Source of the DNA: Antedon mediterranea
Taxonomy: Eukaryota; Animalia; Echinodermata
Assembly (NCBI RefSeq): GCF_964355755.1
Contig: NC_092670.1
Coordinates: 15,362,795 to 15,426,794 of the forward strand
DNA: 64,000 bases
Direction: 5' to 3'
A program made the position numbers and the translations under genes. Positions 40,817-52,661 of the stretch are shown here, in pieces; positions within the stretch are counted from its first letter, which is position 1; each line of letters begins with the position of its first letter. Below the pieces are notes generated by a model that was not told the DNA's origin, searched no databases, and saw only the letters and a program-made list of their open reading frames with translations.

Positions 40817-43800
40817 ATGTATTACACGGATAGCAGTCGAGCTTTATTAGGCCTACTAGTAATGACTCTTATTAGTGGGTTTAGCGCAGCTCCTGTGAAC
40901 AATCAACTTCGGCAAGCAGAGAGATTTTTTATGAAGTGCGGTTACCTGGCAACAGTTGCAGAGGAAGATCAGCACTATAACGATGACTTCATCATCAGTG
41001 CTCTTGCTAGGTTCCAGATGACTGTCGGACTTCCAGCAACCGGTAAGAAACTATTTTCTACATACTTTATTTTTAGGTTATTATAGTTTTCTTCTTTAAA
41101 GCTTGGTTCCCACTTGGACGCAATGCAATGACGTTTGTTATTTGTCGGAAAAGAAATGTTTATTAGTTTTCCACTTTTTTCATACATCCTAGATTATATT
41201 ATATTGGATTATAAACAGAATAATAAATACTCTTCGGTAGTATAATGTCGGAAAGCATTCTTCTGTTGATTGTAGTAAAGCTTGGTTCCCACTAGAGACC
41301 AACAGGAGTAACCACGCGCAAGCAAGTTGACCAATCAAAAAACAATTCTAATAATCCATCGCCCATGATTAGTCAAATCACTTACGCTGCGCTTACGTAA
41401 TCGTTTTTTGTAACTAGTGCGAAACCGTTGAAGTAATTTTTAGTTATACATACGTATTAAAATGTTACCAGGAACAGAAATATTAATTTTACTAGTTTAC
41501 CTGGTAAAAGGCATATTCGTATCTAGGTCATTGTGATTTTGGTACAAAACCAAAAATGTTAGTAAAGCACCGTGTATCATGCGTCCCCAACAGGTTATTT
41601 TCGTATTATTATCTAATCCATGACTTAGACTATAATGCAAAATTGGAGGACTTCCAAATACGAAAACAGATATTATACAAACAATGAATAAACAATATCA
41701 ATGGAAAGTCATCCAAGCAGAATATACGCCGACAAACTTCATACTAGATTTGAAATGTAAAAATACTTTCTATTGTATGCAGAAGACAAATTAGAAATCT
41801 TATTGTTCACTTGGTAAATTTTAACAGTTTTTTTTTTTACATTTCCGTTACCTTTTCAAAATAAATTCCAGAACAGAAAGAAGATTCATAACCCGATATT
41901 GCTTAATTGTTGTTATGTCATAACTGTAAATAAATGCCAATCCAATCCAATGCACACGATTAGATAATGGAGATGTTTTACATCTTCCTGACTAGATTAA
42001 TACTTGGAGCAGGCCTATAATACTTCAGTACTGAGCCAACAGTATTGATAGTCTGTGTGTACATAGAGTACGGTAAGCCTCTTATTATATGGGCCTCTTT
42101 CGGTTCCAAGAAAGGGAGGCTAATACCTTTCGATATAACCGGTTTTCTAAAGTGTTACATCAGGAGGAAAGTTCTCTCTTGTACAGCCATACATTAAAAC
42201 ATATTTTTATATATCGAGATTTAGGCAAATTGCCAAGGATGACAAAGCGAATGTATTCACTATCCTTCTTAAATGTGGCAATCCTGTTCACAAAGACAAA
42301 CATTATACATAAGATGCTCTACACATGCTCTTATTACAAGTGTTTGGGTGTGGAGTTATAAATTGTTCTTAGAAAATAAATCCTAACACTGACAGGACTT
42401 GAACCCTTGGATTGGTATAGCCGCGCATCATAACTACCAATCCACAAATCCAATATTATTATTATTATTATTATTATTCATAATTTTATGATTGATACTT
42501 CATTAGAATAATAGTGACGGGGCACATTTTTTGAAATTCCAGCTCCACTGAAAATTAAATGCTATATCACTAGACGATCCTGTTTTTATTTATTTATGTG
42601 TTTGTATATGGCTACCATTGTGTACAGTAAAGTTTATTTTACATATCTATATGTTTGAAATAAAGTAGAGTGAGTGAGCGACTGAATCAGCTTGCTAACA
42701 TGGTTAAATCTAATTTCCCTATTTTTAGGAACTTTTACGGAAGAAACGTTTGTTCGAATGGAAAACATGGAGTGCAATAATGAAGGAAAGAGAAGGAGGA
42801 GAAGTTCGATCCCTGTCACACACAGGTGGTCCTCTAATGAGATCACCTGGGACATAGCCAGTTATTCAAAATGGCTTAAAAACAGCCAGGTTGACGCGAC
42901 AACAGAACAGGCTTTACAGGTACATTAGTAGTTTAGGTTCAAGACGGGAAGATGGCGTTCTATGCGTTTAATACTGGAGCTGGAATCATATTGAAATCCT
43001 CTTTCGAAAAGAAGTCCATCTCGACAAGAAGTCCATCTCTTTAGTTTACAATATCTAGAAAAAAAAAACTAAAAAGAAGCCTGTAGGCCTTAGTCAAATT
43101 GAAACGCTTACTGGTGGACTAACAGAGACAGTCTACTATACTATACAGTCTACTAAATGTAGCGCAAACGATATTAGTTGCAGGATAGACTCACTTTAGC
43201 CGTGTAATAAATGTCATGTATTTTATCGTAATCATCTGTTAATTAATTTTGTTTAGATGTGGTCAGATGCAGCGGACTTGACCTTTAAACGCATGCGAGG
43301 TGAATCAAACGTCGACATCAAGATATCCTTTGTCGAGGGGGTTCATGAAGATAATATCGACTTCGGTGGAAGAAACAGAGCCGTTGCGCATGCGTTTTAT
43401 CCACCTTCATCATCATCAAACAGCATCCCACTATCGGGGGATGTGCACCTGTACGATGGAGTCGTGTGGACTGTAAATAGTGCTACAGGTAGGCCCACTA
43501 TGTAAGAAAGTATCACCCTTAAAATATGACCTATGACACTATGAAGCCACGGCGCGCTGTGACGTAAACCCGTACAATTAAATAATTAATTTCTATCTCT
43601 TCCATGGTTAAAAAGCTTAAACATAAAAAACAGGTCGGCTTATATCGCAAAGTTTATTTTCCAAAATTTCCAAAAAATAGCAGACTACATCGTTCTATTT
43701 TTGAATGAGTATAGTAACATCAATTAAAATGATGATGTGAAGCCATCAACCACTGGCGGACAAGGTGTGGGTTCTACACAAGGAAAGCCCCGACTCATTT

Positions 43801-46800
43801 TGATTTTTAAAGATACATTCTTTTCGAGATAAATTGAATTGGTAGTCGGGTTGAAACATGACCAACCGAACGTATTTTAATAATAAATAAAAAATTAAAA
43901 TTTGTTTTTGTAGGCAATAGTCTGATGGTGCATCTCCTGCATGAGATTGGCCATTCCATTGGTATCGAACATTCCAGCAACATGAATGACGTTATGCATA
44001 ACCCACCACCAGCTTACCACTCAGACATACAATTGTCTGAAAATGACAAAGAAGCGGCAAGAGAATTATACGGTAAGCTTATAGGCTCAGATCAAGAGCA
44101 CTAAACAGTTCATTTCACGCCGCGACCGCATTTGCAGAAAGCTAGCACTCTGGGAAGCAACGCAAGGATTTTGACCAACCGTCGTTTGTTATGCTTGTTT
44201 TCCCAGTAGGGACACAGCGCGAGGACGTATACGCGCAACGAAAGGGATTTGTGTGACCAATCACAAGGGCGACGGATTTAGAACTCAATTGATTACGTCT
44301 ACGTCCTTGCGTTGCGTCTCTAGTGGAAACCAAGTTTTATTGCTTTGCGTCCTAGTGGGAACCAAGCTTAAACTTGATTTGTGCCACAGTGCGCACAAAA
44401 ATCCATTAACTTGTGTGTGTTTATTTTTATGGTGCGCCAATTAAATACCTTTTTTGATTTCTTTCACAATCGCAGGTGCCCCAACAGAGAATCCGGAATT
44501 TCCAGGAAACCCCATTGCACCACCGGAGGTGGTGAATCTCCCGGTGGTTACCCAGGCTCCTCCTCCAGACTGCATTGAATCGTTTGATGCTGCCACACAG
44601 ATGCTTACGGGAGAGATTATTTTCACTAGAGGTACAGTATATACATTTCTTATTATCATAATACAGTAGTGCAATCTAAAGCTTAGTTCCCACTAGCAAC
44701 GTAACGCGCAACCTCAAAACGTAAGAAAATGCCCTTCCAATAATTGTGTTTTCCTCCCGCTTGCGTGAAATCAAACCTGCGATGTTTGCAGCACTGTTGC
44801 GTCGTCGTTTCTCATGTAATACAGCACTTTGCGTCAATAAGTCGCTGCGTTGCGTTACGTTGCGTCGCTAGTGGGAACCACGGTTAAAGCTTGGTTCCCA
44901 CTAGAACGTAACGCAAGGACGTAAACGCAACGAAAGCGTTTTAACCAATGACAAGCGAAGTTATAGACAGTTAGCAATCACAAGCGAATAAGCCATCGCT
45001 TGTGATTGGTCAATTCACTTGTGTTGCGTTACGTCCTTGCGTTCCGTCGCTAGTGGGAACCACGCTTAAGTCGCTGCATTGCGTTACGTTGCGCCGCTAA
45101 TGGGAACCACGCTTAATAGTCTTATGTTAGTTAAATTTTATTTTTAAGTTTACTGTTCATATATTTTGAGTATTTCTGCTTCAGTTTGTAACAAACAAAA
45201 TGTTGTACTTTGTAGGTAACAATATGTGGAAAATAGGCCTAGATGATATCTTAAACAATAACATTATAAAAGACCCTCCGGTACCAAATTCGTCGATATT
45301 TCCAGGATTACCCGGCGACATTGATTCGGCAATGACAGTGCCGGACCGCGTTGAATGGAGAAGCATAGCTGGAAAAACATATTTCTTTAAGGTAGGTTAA
45401 TTTTTCTATTCTTCTTCAAGATACTTTAATGTACAATGTATAATAGGAAGATTATAAATCGGCTGTAAACTCTAAAACTTTCGTTTGATTCCTGTTCCTA
45501 AGGACGTGCGTAATGGGGTATTAAAATAACCAGAATTGTAGGCCTACTCTGAGAATGTTTTAAACTAATCCTTTAAATCGAACCGAGAGAGGTTTGGGTC
45601 ACCGAGGGTTTGTGAGAATGAATGAATCGAAATGATCGGAAGTGTACGGGGAAGGTTTTAAACTACTTTAAAAAAGGAGGGGTTTGGTTATGTAGGGTTG
45701 GTCGGGTGAGATATCATAAAAGGTTTTAAACTACTGTACATTTGAAAACTGCCACGAAAAGGGGAGCGGTGAACAGTGGAAGTTTTGTTTTTCAACAATA
45801 TTTTACAAAGGTGATCAATCCAGCCGAAGCTGATCATTAGGTACCCTCACAAAAATAACATTTGACAAGACATTAACATACAACAATTACGAATTAGTAA
45901 ACAATAACGATAAATAGGTCTACCGTCGGTGCTAATCAGTTTACTGTATTGTTTACAGGGTAACCAAGTGTGGCGGTATACAGGTTACAGCCTAGATACC
46001 GGTTATCCATCGACGATTAAACAAGAATTCAACATGGATTATCCCATGATAGACGCTGCCTTTTCGCTTGGTGACACGCTAGGCCTTTATTTCATTACCG
46101 GTATGTACGTTATAATTACTAATATATGAAGGCAATTATCTTTTTTTATAATTCAATACAATACTGTTTGGACGATGTTTTTGCTGTTATGGATGGAAAT
46201 CTGTAATAGCCCTACATAAAATAAAAATGATAGTAGGACCGATATAAAAACACTGTGTTTAAATAATACAGAAAACAACTACAGAAAACAGCTAAGTTTG
46301 AATAATTGAAAAATGTTTAAAATGTGACAGGAGAAGAGGCTTAATTTAAGCCACGGTCTTCCAAGAAGCCACGCTTCTTTGAAAACGGCGCCGTTCCATT
46401 CTGTATATTATGCAACAACACGACACCGTCTTCTGTGAGAAGTGTGAATGGAGCTAGCTCAGCTCGTACTGTCTGATCGAGAAAAAAATCAACAGAAGGC
46501 AGAGATGGCGTTTCCTGAACAGAATGGAGAAATACCCGAGCACATTTCAATCAAAACCAACTGAGTGTCCGTTATGAGAGTCAAAGACAAGGCATTTTTT
46601 TTTGGTTTTCAAAAGTGCAAAAAGGACTATGCGAAAGATCAGATCACACTACTTAATTTAAAATTTAACTTTTGTTTCTTTTTTAGGTGATCAATACCGT
46701 CTTCAAACACCATATATTTACATCGAAAACCTGCCTACCAATAGTTTCACTGGTTTCACCACCAATGCTGCAGCTGCCATTAATGTACTTATTGATGGAC

Positions 46801-46907
46801 ATGACGTTATGTACTTGTTTGGAAAAGACGGTAACCATTACAAAATAATGCCTCCTAACTGGTCTGTAATTTCGTCTAGTTCAACCAATCTTCCGTGCAA
46901 TAATTAA
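40817..46907 (+). CDS. Secreted matrix metalloproteinase (M10A) with hemopexin domain, 8 exons, ~500 aa
   Basis: Exons 40817-41042, 42729-42919, 43257-43488, 43914-44072, 44476-44631, 45216-45391, 45959-46100 and 46687-46907 splice in frame. Signal peptide, prodomain ALARFQMTVGLPATG, KRRRR furin site, AHAFYP, zinc motif HEIGHSIGIEH, Met-turn, Pro-rich hinge, hemopexin repeats (C..SFDAA, GKTYFFKGNQVWRY, terminal Cys). Confidence 0.92.
44680..45113. mobile_element. Cluster of Harbinger-like MITEs in MMP intron 5 (variant 44680-44884; young copy 44888-45066 with TAA TSD; duplicated right end 45067-45113)
   Basis: Repeated GTTCCCACTAG / CTAGTGGGAACCAC termini. TAA flanks the middle copy on both sides. 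Confidence 0.8.
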
Positions 46908-47144
46908 TAGTTAAATAATATTTATTAATATTTATTTATTTAATTTATAAATCCCAAAGATACGATAGTTCGGATGTTTATAGCTGGCCTATAATATACA
47001 CATCCTTTTTAGCATAAATTATATACACAGTGTCATAATTGATTATATTATACTCTATCATTAATATTAACGACAAAAATGAAATATTCTGTCTCCATAA
47101 TAAAATAATCATTTACATGTTGCTATCAGATGGTGATTTAGTAA

Positions 47145-47280
47145 TTGTCACAAACGTTGTCATGTCACAAACGTTGTCATGTCACAAACGTTGTCATGTC
47201 ACAAACGTTGTCATGTCACAAACGTTTTCATGTCACAAACGTTTTCAGTAATTGCCACAAACGTTGTCAGTAATTGTCAC
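47145..47280. repeat. 17-bp minisatellite TGTCACAAACGTTGTCA, ~7 copies
   Basis: Visible tandem units downstream of the MMP gene. Confidence 0.88.
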
Positions 47281-50200
47281 CAAAGTTGTGACGTTTTGTT
47301 AAAATTATGATTATATTATTATACCACAGTGAGGCAGGTTTATTTGTTTCTTAAAGGTAAGCCTATATTTAACCGTACATGTGTAGGTATAGACGTGAGT
47401 ATCTCCTTTTGAGAGACACATGAAGTTACCATATTATAGCAATTATTCATCAATTTTAATAAAATTATGCAAAAATGTAAATATGCCTATTATATGTTTA
47501 CGCATTCTAAAATTGGTTAAAATTACAGTATCTTATTTGTATGGCATGAGTCTCTCCCTATTTAAAAAAAATGTAACTGTGTATAGACAACTGAAGAATC
47601 CCAATTGTTATAAATTATTAAAATATGTAACTGCAACTGTCCTCGGATTATCGTGTACGTGCCTAGACAGTGAGTAAGGTAAAAACACCTGTATTTTCCG
47701 TCTGTGGTTTTTACCAATTGGGACCACTCGACTCTGTAAGTTGACCGTATAAAGCTAAGCTATTATCAAAGTTGGTCAGACTTGAAATATATCCCGTGAT
47801 TTCCGTAACAAAAAATGTTTAGGCCTACAATACTGTATGTTATCAGTCATAGCTTATGGGCATATAAGATACCTTTGGGGAGGTATAAATGCAGTCCGAT
47901 GGAGGTAGTGGTGAATGGCCTAATAAGAATTATTGGGTGATAACCATAGGGGATAAACACAGCCTTAAAAATCCAGTAATAGTTTAATTCAATTCAATTC
48001 AATTTATTTGGTCAAACACAATAAACATGACTTGAAATTTGCCTTACAGGTTACGATATAACACAGAAAAAATCAATAATGGGATAAAATGGGTAAAATT
48101 ACTGACCATTATTGCATCACCAAAAAAAAGTTGAAAATCCAAATGCAACATGATCACAACAATATAAAAAGGAGTAGAAATACAGACAGTGTAGCAATTG
48201 GTAATAATATAAGTAGAAATATATCATTAAAAAGGTAAAAATACTGAAATATCATAAAACCGATTGGAGAGAATGACAGTTATAAGTAGAAACATTCACC
48301 TGACAAAGTTTACATTAAAACGAATTACGTAATCGATTTGTTTTTATTATTGTAGGAAAATGTATTCAGCTTCCACTTCTATGAAACACAACGTATTTAT
48401 TATTGCATTTTTTGTTTTTAAATACTCCTATAATTAATTAGAATATTTATTTAATATTATTCAAGAAACGGTGCATAATCTACTGTAACATTACATAATA
48501 ATGTATACATTATTTTGTAAATAAACTATGTTCACTTTAGATCTTATCGCAGTATTGTTCCGTGTAATTTATTTGTCGTTACGTTGTGCTAATTTGGCAT
48601 ATGATGTTTATACTGTACATTTTTTAACAGTGTCAGATTTCATTAAAAAATACTGATTAAACATAATCAATGTTGAGATACTTAAATTTAAGTTTCCTGA
48701 ATTAATTTATTATATCGGAAATATTAGTGCATTTTGGAAGTGGAACTACAAGTTTAGCCTTCAGAATCAATTGGAGATATTTATTATATTTTGAGTAAAT
48801 CATATCATCAGTTCAGCACAGTTTTGATGAATTCATGACACACAGTAAAAAAACCCCTATTTTATCGTCTATTACTGGAAACCTCTTAATAGAGGTGACT
48901 GGCCCTTGAATAGGGGTGTGAAATTATGAGGTTCCAGGGGCCGATTCAGGCTTATAGGGGAAGCGCTAAAGTATATTATTATGAGTATATCAAAAGTGGA
49001 TATAAACAATTAATAGATCATAATTTCATTATAGCTGTCAAAAGTGAAAGGAGGCCTAACCCAAAAGCACATCCCCAACCCGGCCACTCCCTGGGTTACC
49101 GTATACCAGCGATATATGTGAGTAGGCACACTTTTGAAGCTGGCAATACCTGACAATCAAAAATAATTTTTTTACGAAAATTGCCCGTGACTAAATCCCG
49201 TATACAAAACTCGAACTGAACCCCTAACAGTATTTGTATAATCACAAATTCATCTGATAAATAAACTTTTATATAAATCAGGCCTTGAGTAATAATTTTT
49301 TTACCGCGAAGAACCACGTATGTTTTTCAACTTAAAATCGTAGGCACACATTGTTGAAATACACGCACAATGACAAAAATCGTATTTTCGGCTGTGTAAT
49401 AATACACTTTGAAATTTAGACTACAAAATTGTATAAGTTAATTTTATAATATTAACGATTACGATTACATTGCCCAAGGATAAATCAGTTAAAGTCTCCA
49501 ATACAGAGCAAATTGACTATAATGTGTTATTATTAAACGTAGATACCGTTTACGGCATATTCACAGTAGGTAGATGCACGTTAGAGCATTAGTGGTGTCT
49601 CTTATTTCCAAATGCCGTGACTATCCAAAAGTATTTAAAGCAAACGTAGTTTTCGTAAATACAGATATTTTTTGTTGATGAAAAGCTTGGTTGAAGAAAG
49701 TACACCATTGCATTTATATTAGAATGGCATTAGTACAGTATTGAATTATTGTATCGTAATTATTTCACTGTATCCCCATATCCATATATCATCATCTCCT
49801 CCTCCTCTGACCAGGGAGTTGTTATTAGATGGAGTAACAACAAATTTATCAACTGATCTACAGCCAATAAGCGACGAGCGGTATACAGGAACCTCAAAGG
49901 ATTATGCAGTCAACTGGCACTAATTTCCTGCCTTTTGTTTGGAGTCTACTTTGCCGACGATGCCAGGCCCTCTATCGCCGGGATTCGTCCATTTTGAGTA
50001 AAGACTTTCGATGCATTCCTGACAAACAAACATTGTAGGCATGCGCAGATGATTCCTTCTTCGTCTATAGCTTTACAATTTGTTTACGTCATTAGAGAAT
50101 TCTGCAATATATATTTTACAAAAAACCGCTTTAAATTCCGACCTTTCGTTAAAAAGTTACGATAATTCAAAGTGTACGTTCATCTGTTTGTTTGTAGACC

Positions 50201-50783
50201 TTCTTTCGTGATTTTCAGAGACTTTTGGTAAGTTTTAAAGTTAATATTTGATATTTTCCGCACGTTTCTCCATTTTAACACCAGCGCTAATATTTAAAAG
50301 AGTATGTCTTCTATCATTCTCTTGATATCTTATTTTCTTACAGTTTCTTACATAATCGTAATTTTGGTTAAAATACAACATGTTTTTATAGGTGTGGGCA
50401 TGTTGTCAGTAGTGATAAACGCCAGCGTGTAATCTGGGTAATTAACACCCTCCGATCGTATGTTTGTTGGCGGCTGGAATCGCCGATTCTGGTGATGCAC
50501 TAGGTACACCACCAGGGCCTAGGCCTAGCCAGGGAGATGGTCTAATAACAAATCCCTGGCCTAGCCCTCTCCCATAAATAGGCCTAGGCCCCTGCACGTA
50601 TGCTAGGCGGGGAATTACCTATATAACTAAGCATAGCCTATAGAATAGGCCTATATAATTATAGGATGTCCACTATAAATAATAATTAATATTAATACAA
50701 TTCTATGACTATGTATGAATGTACTGACTGTAATTTGTTTTGTTGTCTTCCTTTTATTCATTATAGGAATTTGTACTGTAATA

Positions 50784-51135
50784 ATGGAAATACAGGCTAT
50801 TTGTCGTTTATGTGGGCGAGAGACTGCTGCATCTGACTCAAGACGTCTAATTTTGAAATCTGATTATTCAGATTTAATCCAGCGTGCACTACAACTTAAG
50901 TAGATGTGAACACGGATATTCTCCCACCATACAGTTGTAACAACTGTAGAGTAAAACTTGACACATGGAAGAAGAATATGCGCTCTAAAAAGAAGGATGT
51001 AAAAATTGGAATAAACCTTGCTGATTTTGATTCCAGTGAAAAACAGACAGAAGAATCTTTTTTCTGTGAGGCAGCAGTAGTTGCATTGCATCTCAAATGG
51101 GATACATTCTTTGGAAAGGAGAAGACAAACACATG
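50784..51135 (+). pseudogene. Frameshifted, truncated C4 zinc-binding domain (RAG1 N-terminal/ZAD-like), probably the transposase N-terminus
   Basis: MEIQAICRLCGRE...SDLIQRALQLK/(1-nt frameshift ~50898)VDVNTDILPPYSCNNCRVKLDTWKK. Preceded by a putative 5'UTR intron (donor GTAAGT ~50228, acceptor TTATAG 50766). Confidence 0.6.
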
Positions 51136-51298
51136 TTTACAAACATTGTTATTTGTACATGATTGTACATGTATTTATTTTTAAATATGTATTTAATACA
51201 ATACAAAGAATTAAAAAATGACTCAGTATATCGATTATTTTTATTTACAGTATATCATTCATTAAAAGCCTTGGTTACATTTAGATATACAGTACTGT

Positions 51299-52061
51299 TC
51301 AGTACTTGATTTTTCTTCTGCACTGTAGCCCCTTTCTTCCTGGTCTGTGCAGGAACATCTTTGTCTAGAATTGAAAAAAAAAACAATTAACATAACTCCC
51401 TGGTCATACATTTAATCAGGCGTTGTCAATTTAACTCCCGGCATTTGTTAACAAATGAAAAATACATAAATCTTCCCAATTGTCAGTAGTGACAGCCCAG
51501 GTCATAATTAATAAATGGAAATAATACTGCATCATCAGAAAGTTGTTTTTATTGGGGTAGGCCTAGCCCCTACTTGACCGTCCCTCCCTTCCTTCCTGAT
51601 GAAATATTAAAGTTCAATGAATAAATACCTGTAAAAAAAAGGCAACGTAAAAGGCCTCCTTTCTTTCCTAGAGATTCTAGCTAGGAACGGTAGGCTGCAG
51701 TAGTATCAAATATTGAATAGGCTACACCAGTTACTAACCTGTTTCTTGAGTAGTAGTACTACTACTAGGTCGCTTAACACTAGGCCTACTTGAGCCAGGC
51801 CTATGCCCAATATTATTAACGTCGTGTTGTTGACAGCATTGCTCACAAACCCATTTGCCAGCTGGAACTTCAGAAGATGTGAGCAGTGAGCTTCACACAT
51901 TCAAAATGGAACCATTCATTAGGACATGCTTTTCCTTCACAAGCGATCATTTGATCGTCAGAACTTTCCCCACATGGGCAATACATTGGCACATTTTCAT
52001 TTAGATCAACATCTTCTAAATCGCTATCATCGAAATCTAAATCGGAAAAGTCTACGTACAT
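51299..52061 (-). pseudogene. Acidic tract plus ING-type PHD finger gene inside the transposon (exon 52061-51739, probable last exon 51364-51299), frameshifted by a 7-bp insertion
   Basis: Removing the duplication at 51885-51891 restores YCPCGESSDDQMIACEGKACPNEWFHFECVKLTSSEVPAGKWVCEQC (C4HC3). Upstream DFSDLDFDDSDLEDVDLNE. A phase-1 splice leads to DKDVPAQTRKKGATVQKKIKY*, followed by AATAAA on the minus strand (~51239-51244). Confidence 0.75.
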
Positions 52062-52661
52062 CGGTATAGAAGTCGTCAGTTGTCATTGTGTGTCGCGATT
52101 GTATCATCTGGCTTTCTGAAACACCATGACGATGTGTGACGTAGGCCAGAGTTATTCAAGCGAAGCGAAGCAACTTTGACTTTTCTGCGCATGCGCGTGT
52201 CATTGATTACGTCAGGGAAAATTGTTTATTTGATGAGGAACTGTTTATCGGGGATTAAGTCTTATCTATTTTACTTCCTGTCGGAAAAGTAGACTGATCA
52301 AAAGAACATACTATGATGTTACTCCATCTAATAACAACTCCCTGCTCTGACTTTCTATACGCGTCCCATATCCGTCAGCAGTCAACATTTGAAGCGTAAG
52401 ATATCCACTGTAAAGACTACAGAAATAATTAGTACAATGGGGAATAATAGTAGCTAGGCCTATTATTTGTCCACCTGGTGTACCTCGGGTGGTAAAATTG
52501 ATCTCTCAGCTTTCATCCTTCACTGTGCCTTGATATTTGTTTCGTTTGTAGGTCTACTTCTATTATTACGTTACTCTTTATGTTTTCCGGGATATTGAAT
52601 ATGAAACTTAATGAACTAGTGAGTGAGATCCGCCAAATGAAGTTCTTATCACATGTGATAG

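Larger units (their letters stand above)
49812..52344. mobile_element. P-superfamily-like DNA transposon (internally deleted) with two convergent gene remnants
   Basis: Perfect 28-bp TIR CAGGGAGTTGTTATTAGATGGAGTAACA (49812-49839 / 52317-52344). 7-bp TSD CTCTGAC (49805-49811 / 52345-52351). Internal inverted repeat AGTCTACTTT(G/T)CCGAC (49943-49958 / 52280-52295). The superfamily call is inferred from the CA termini and 7-bp TSD. Confidence 0.85.

Noticed and set aside
49812-52344. True ProtoRAG (RAG1L-RAG2L) transposon
   Set aside because: Ends are CAGGG with a 7-bp TSD rather than CAC/RSS-like ends with a 5-bp TSD; the PHD is ING-type; no kelch repeats or RAG1 core are present.
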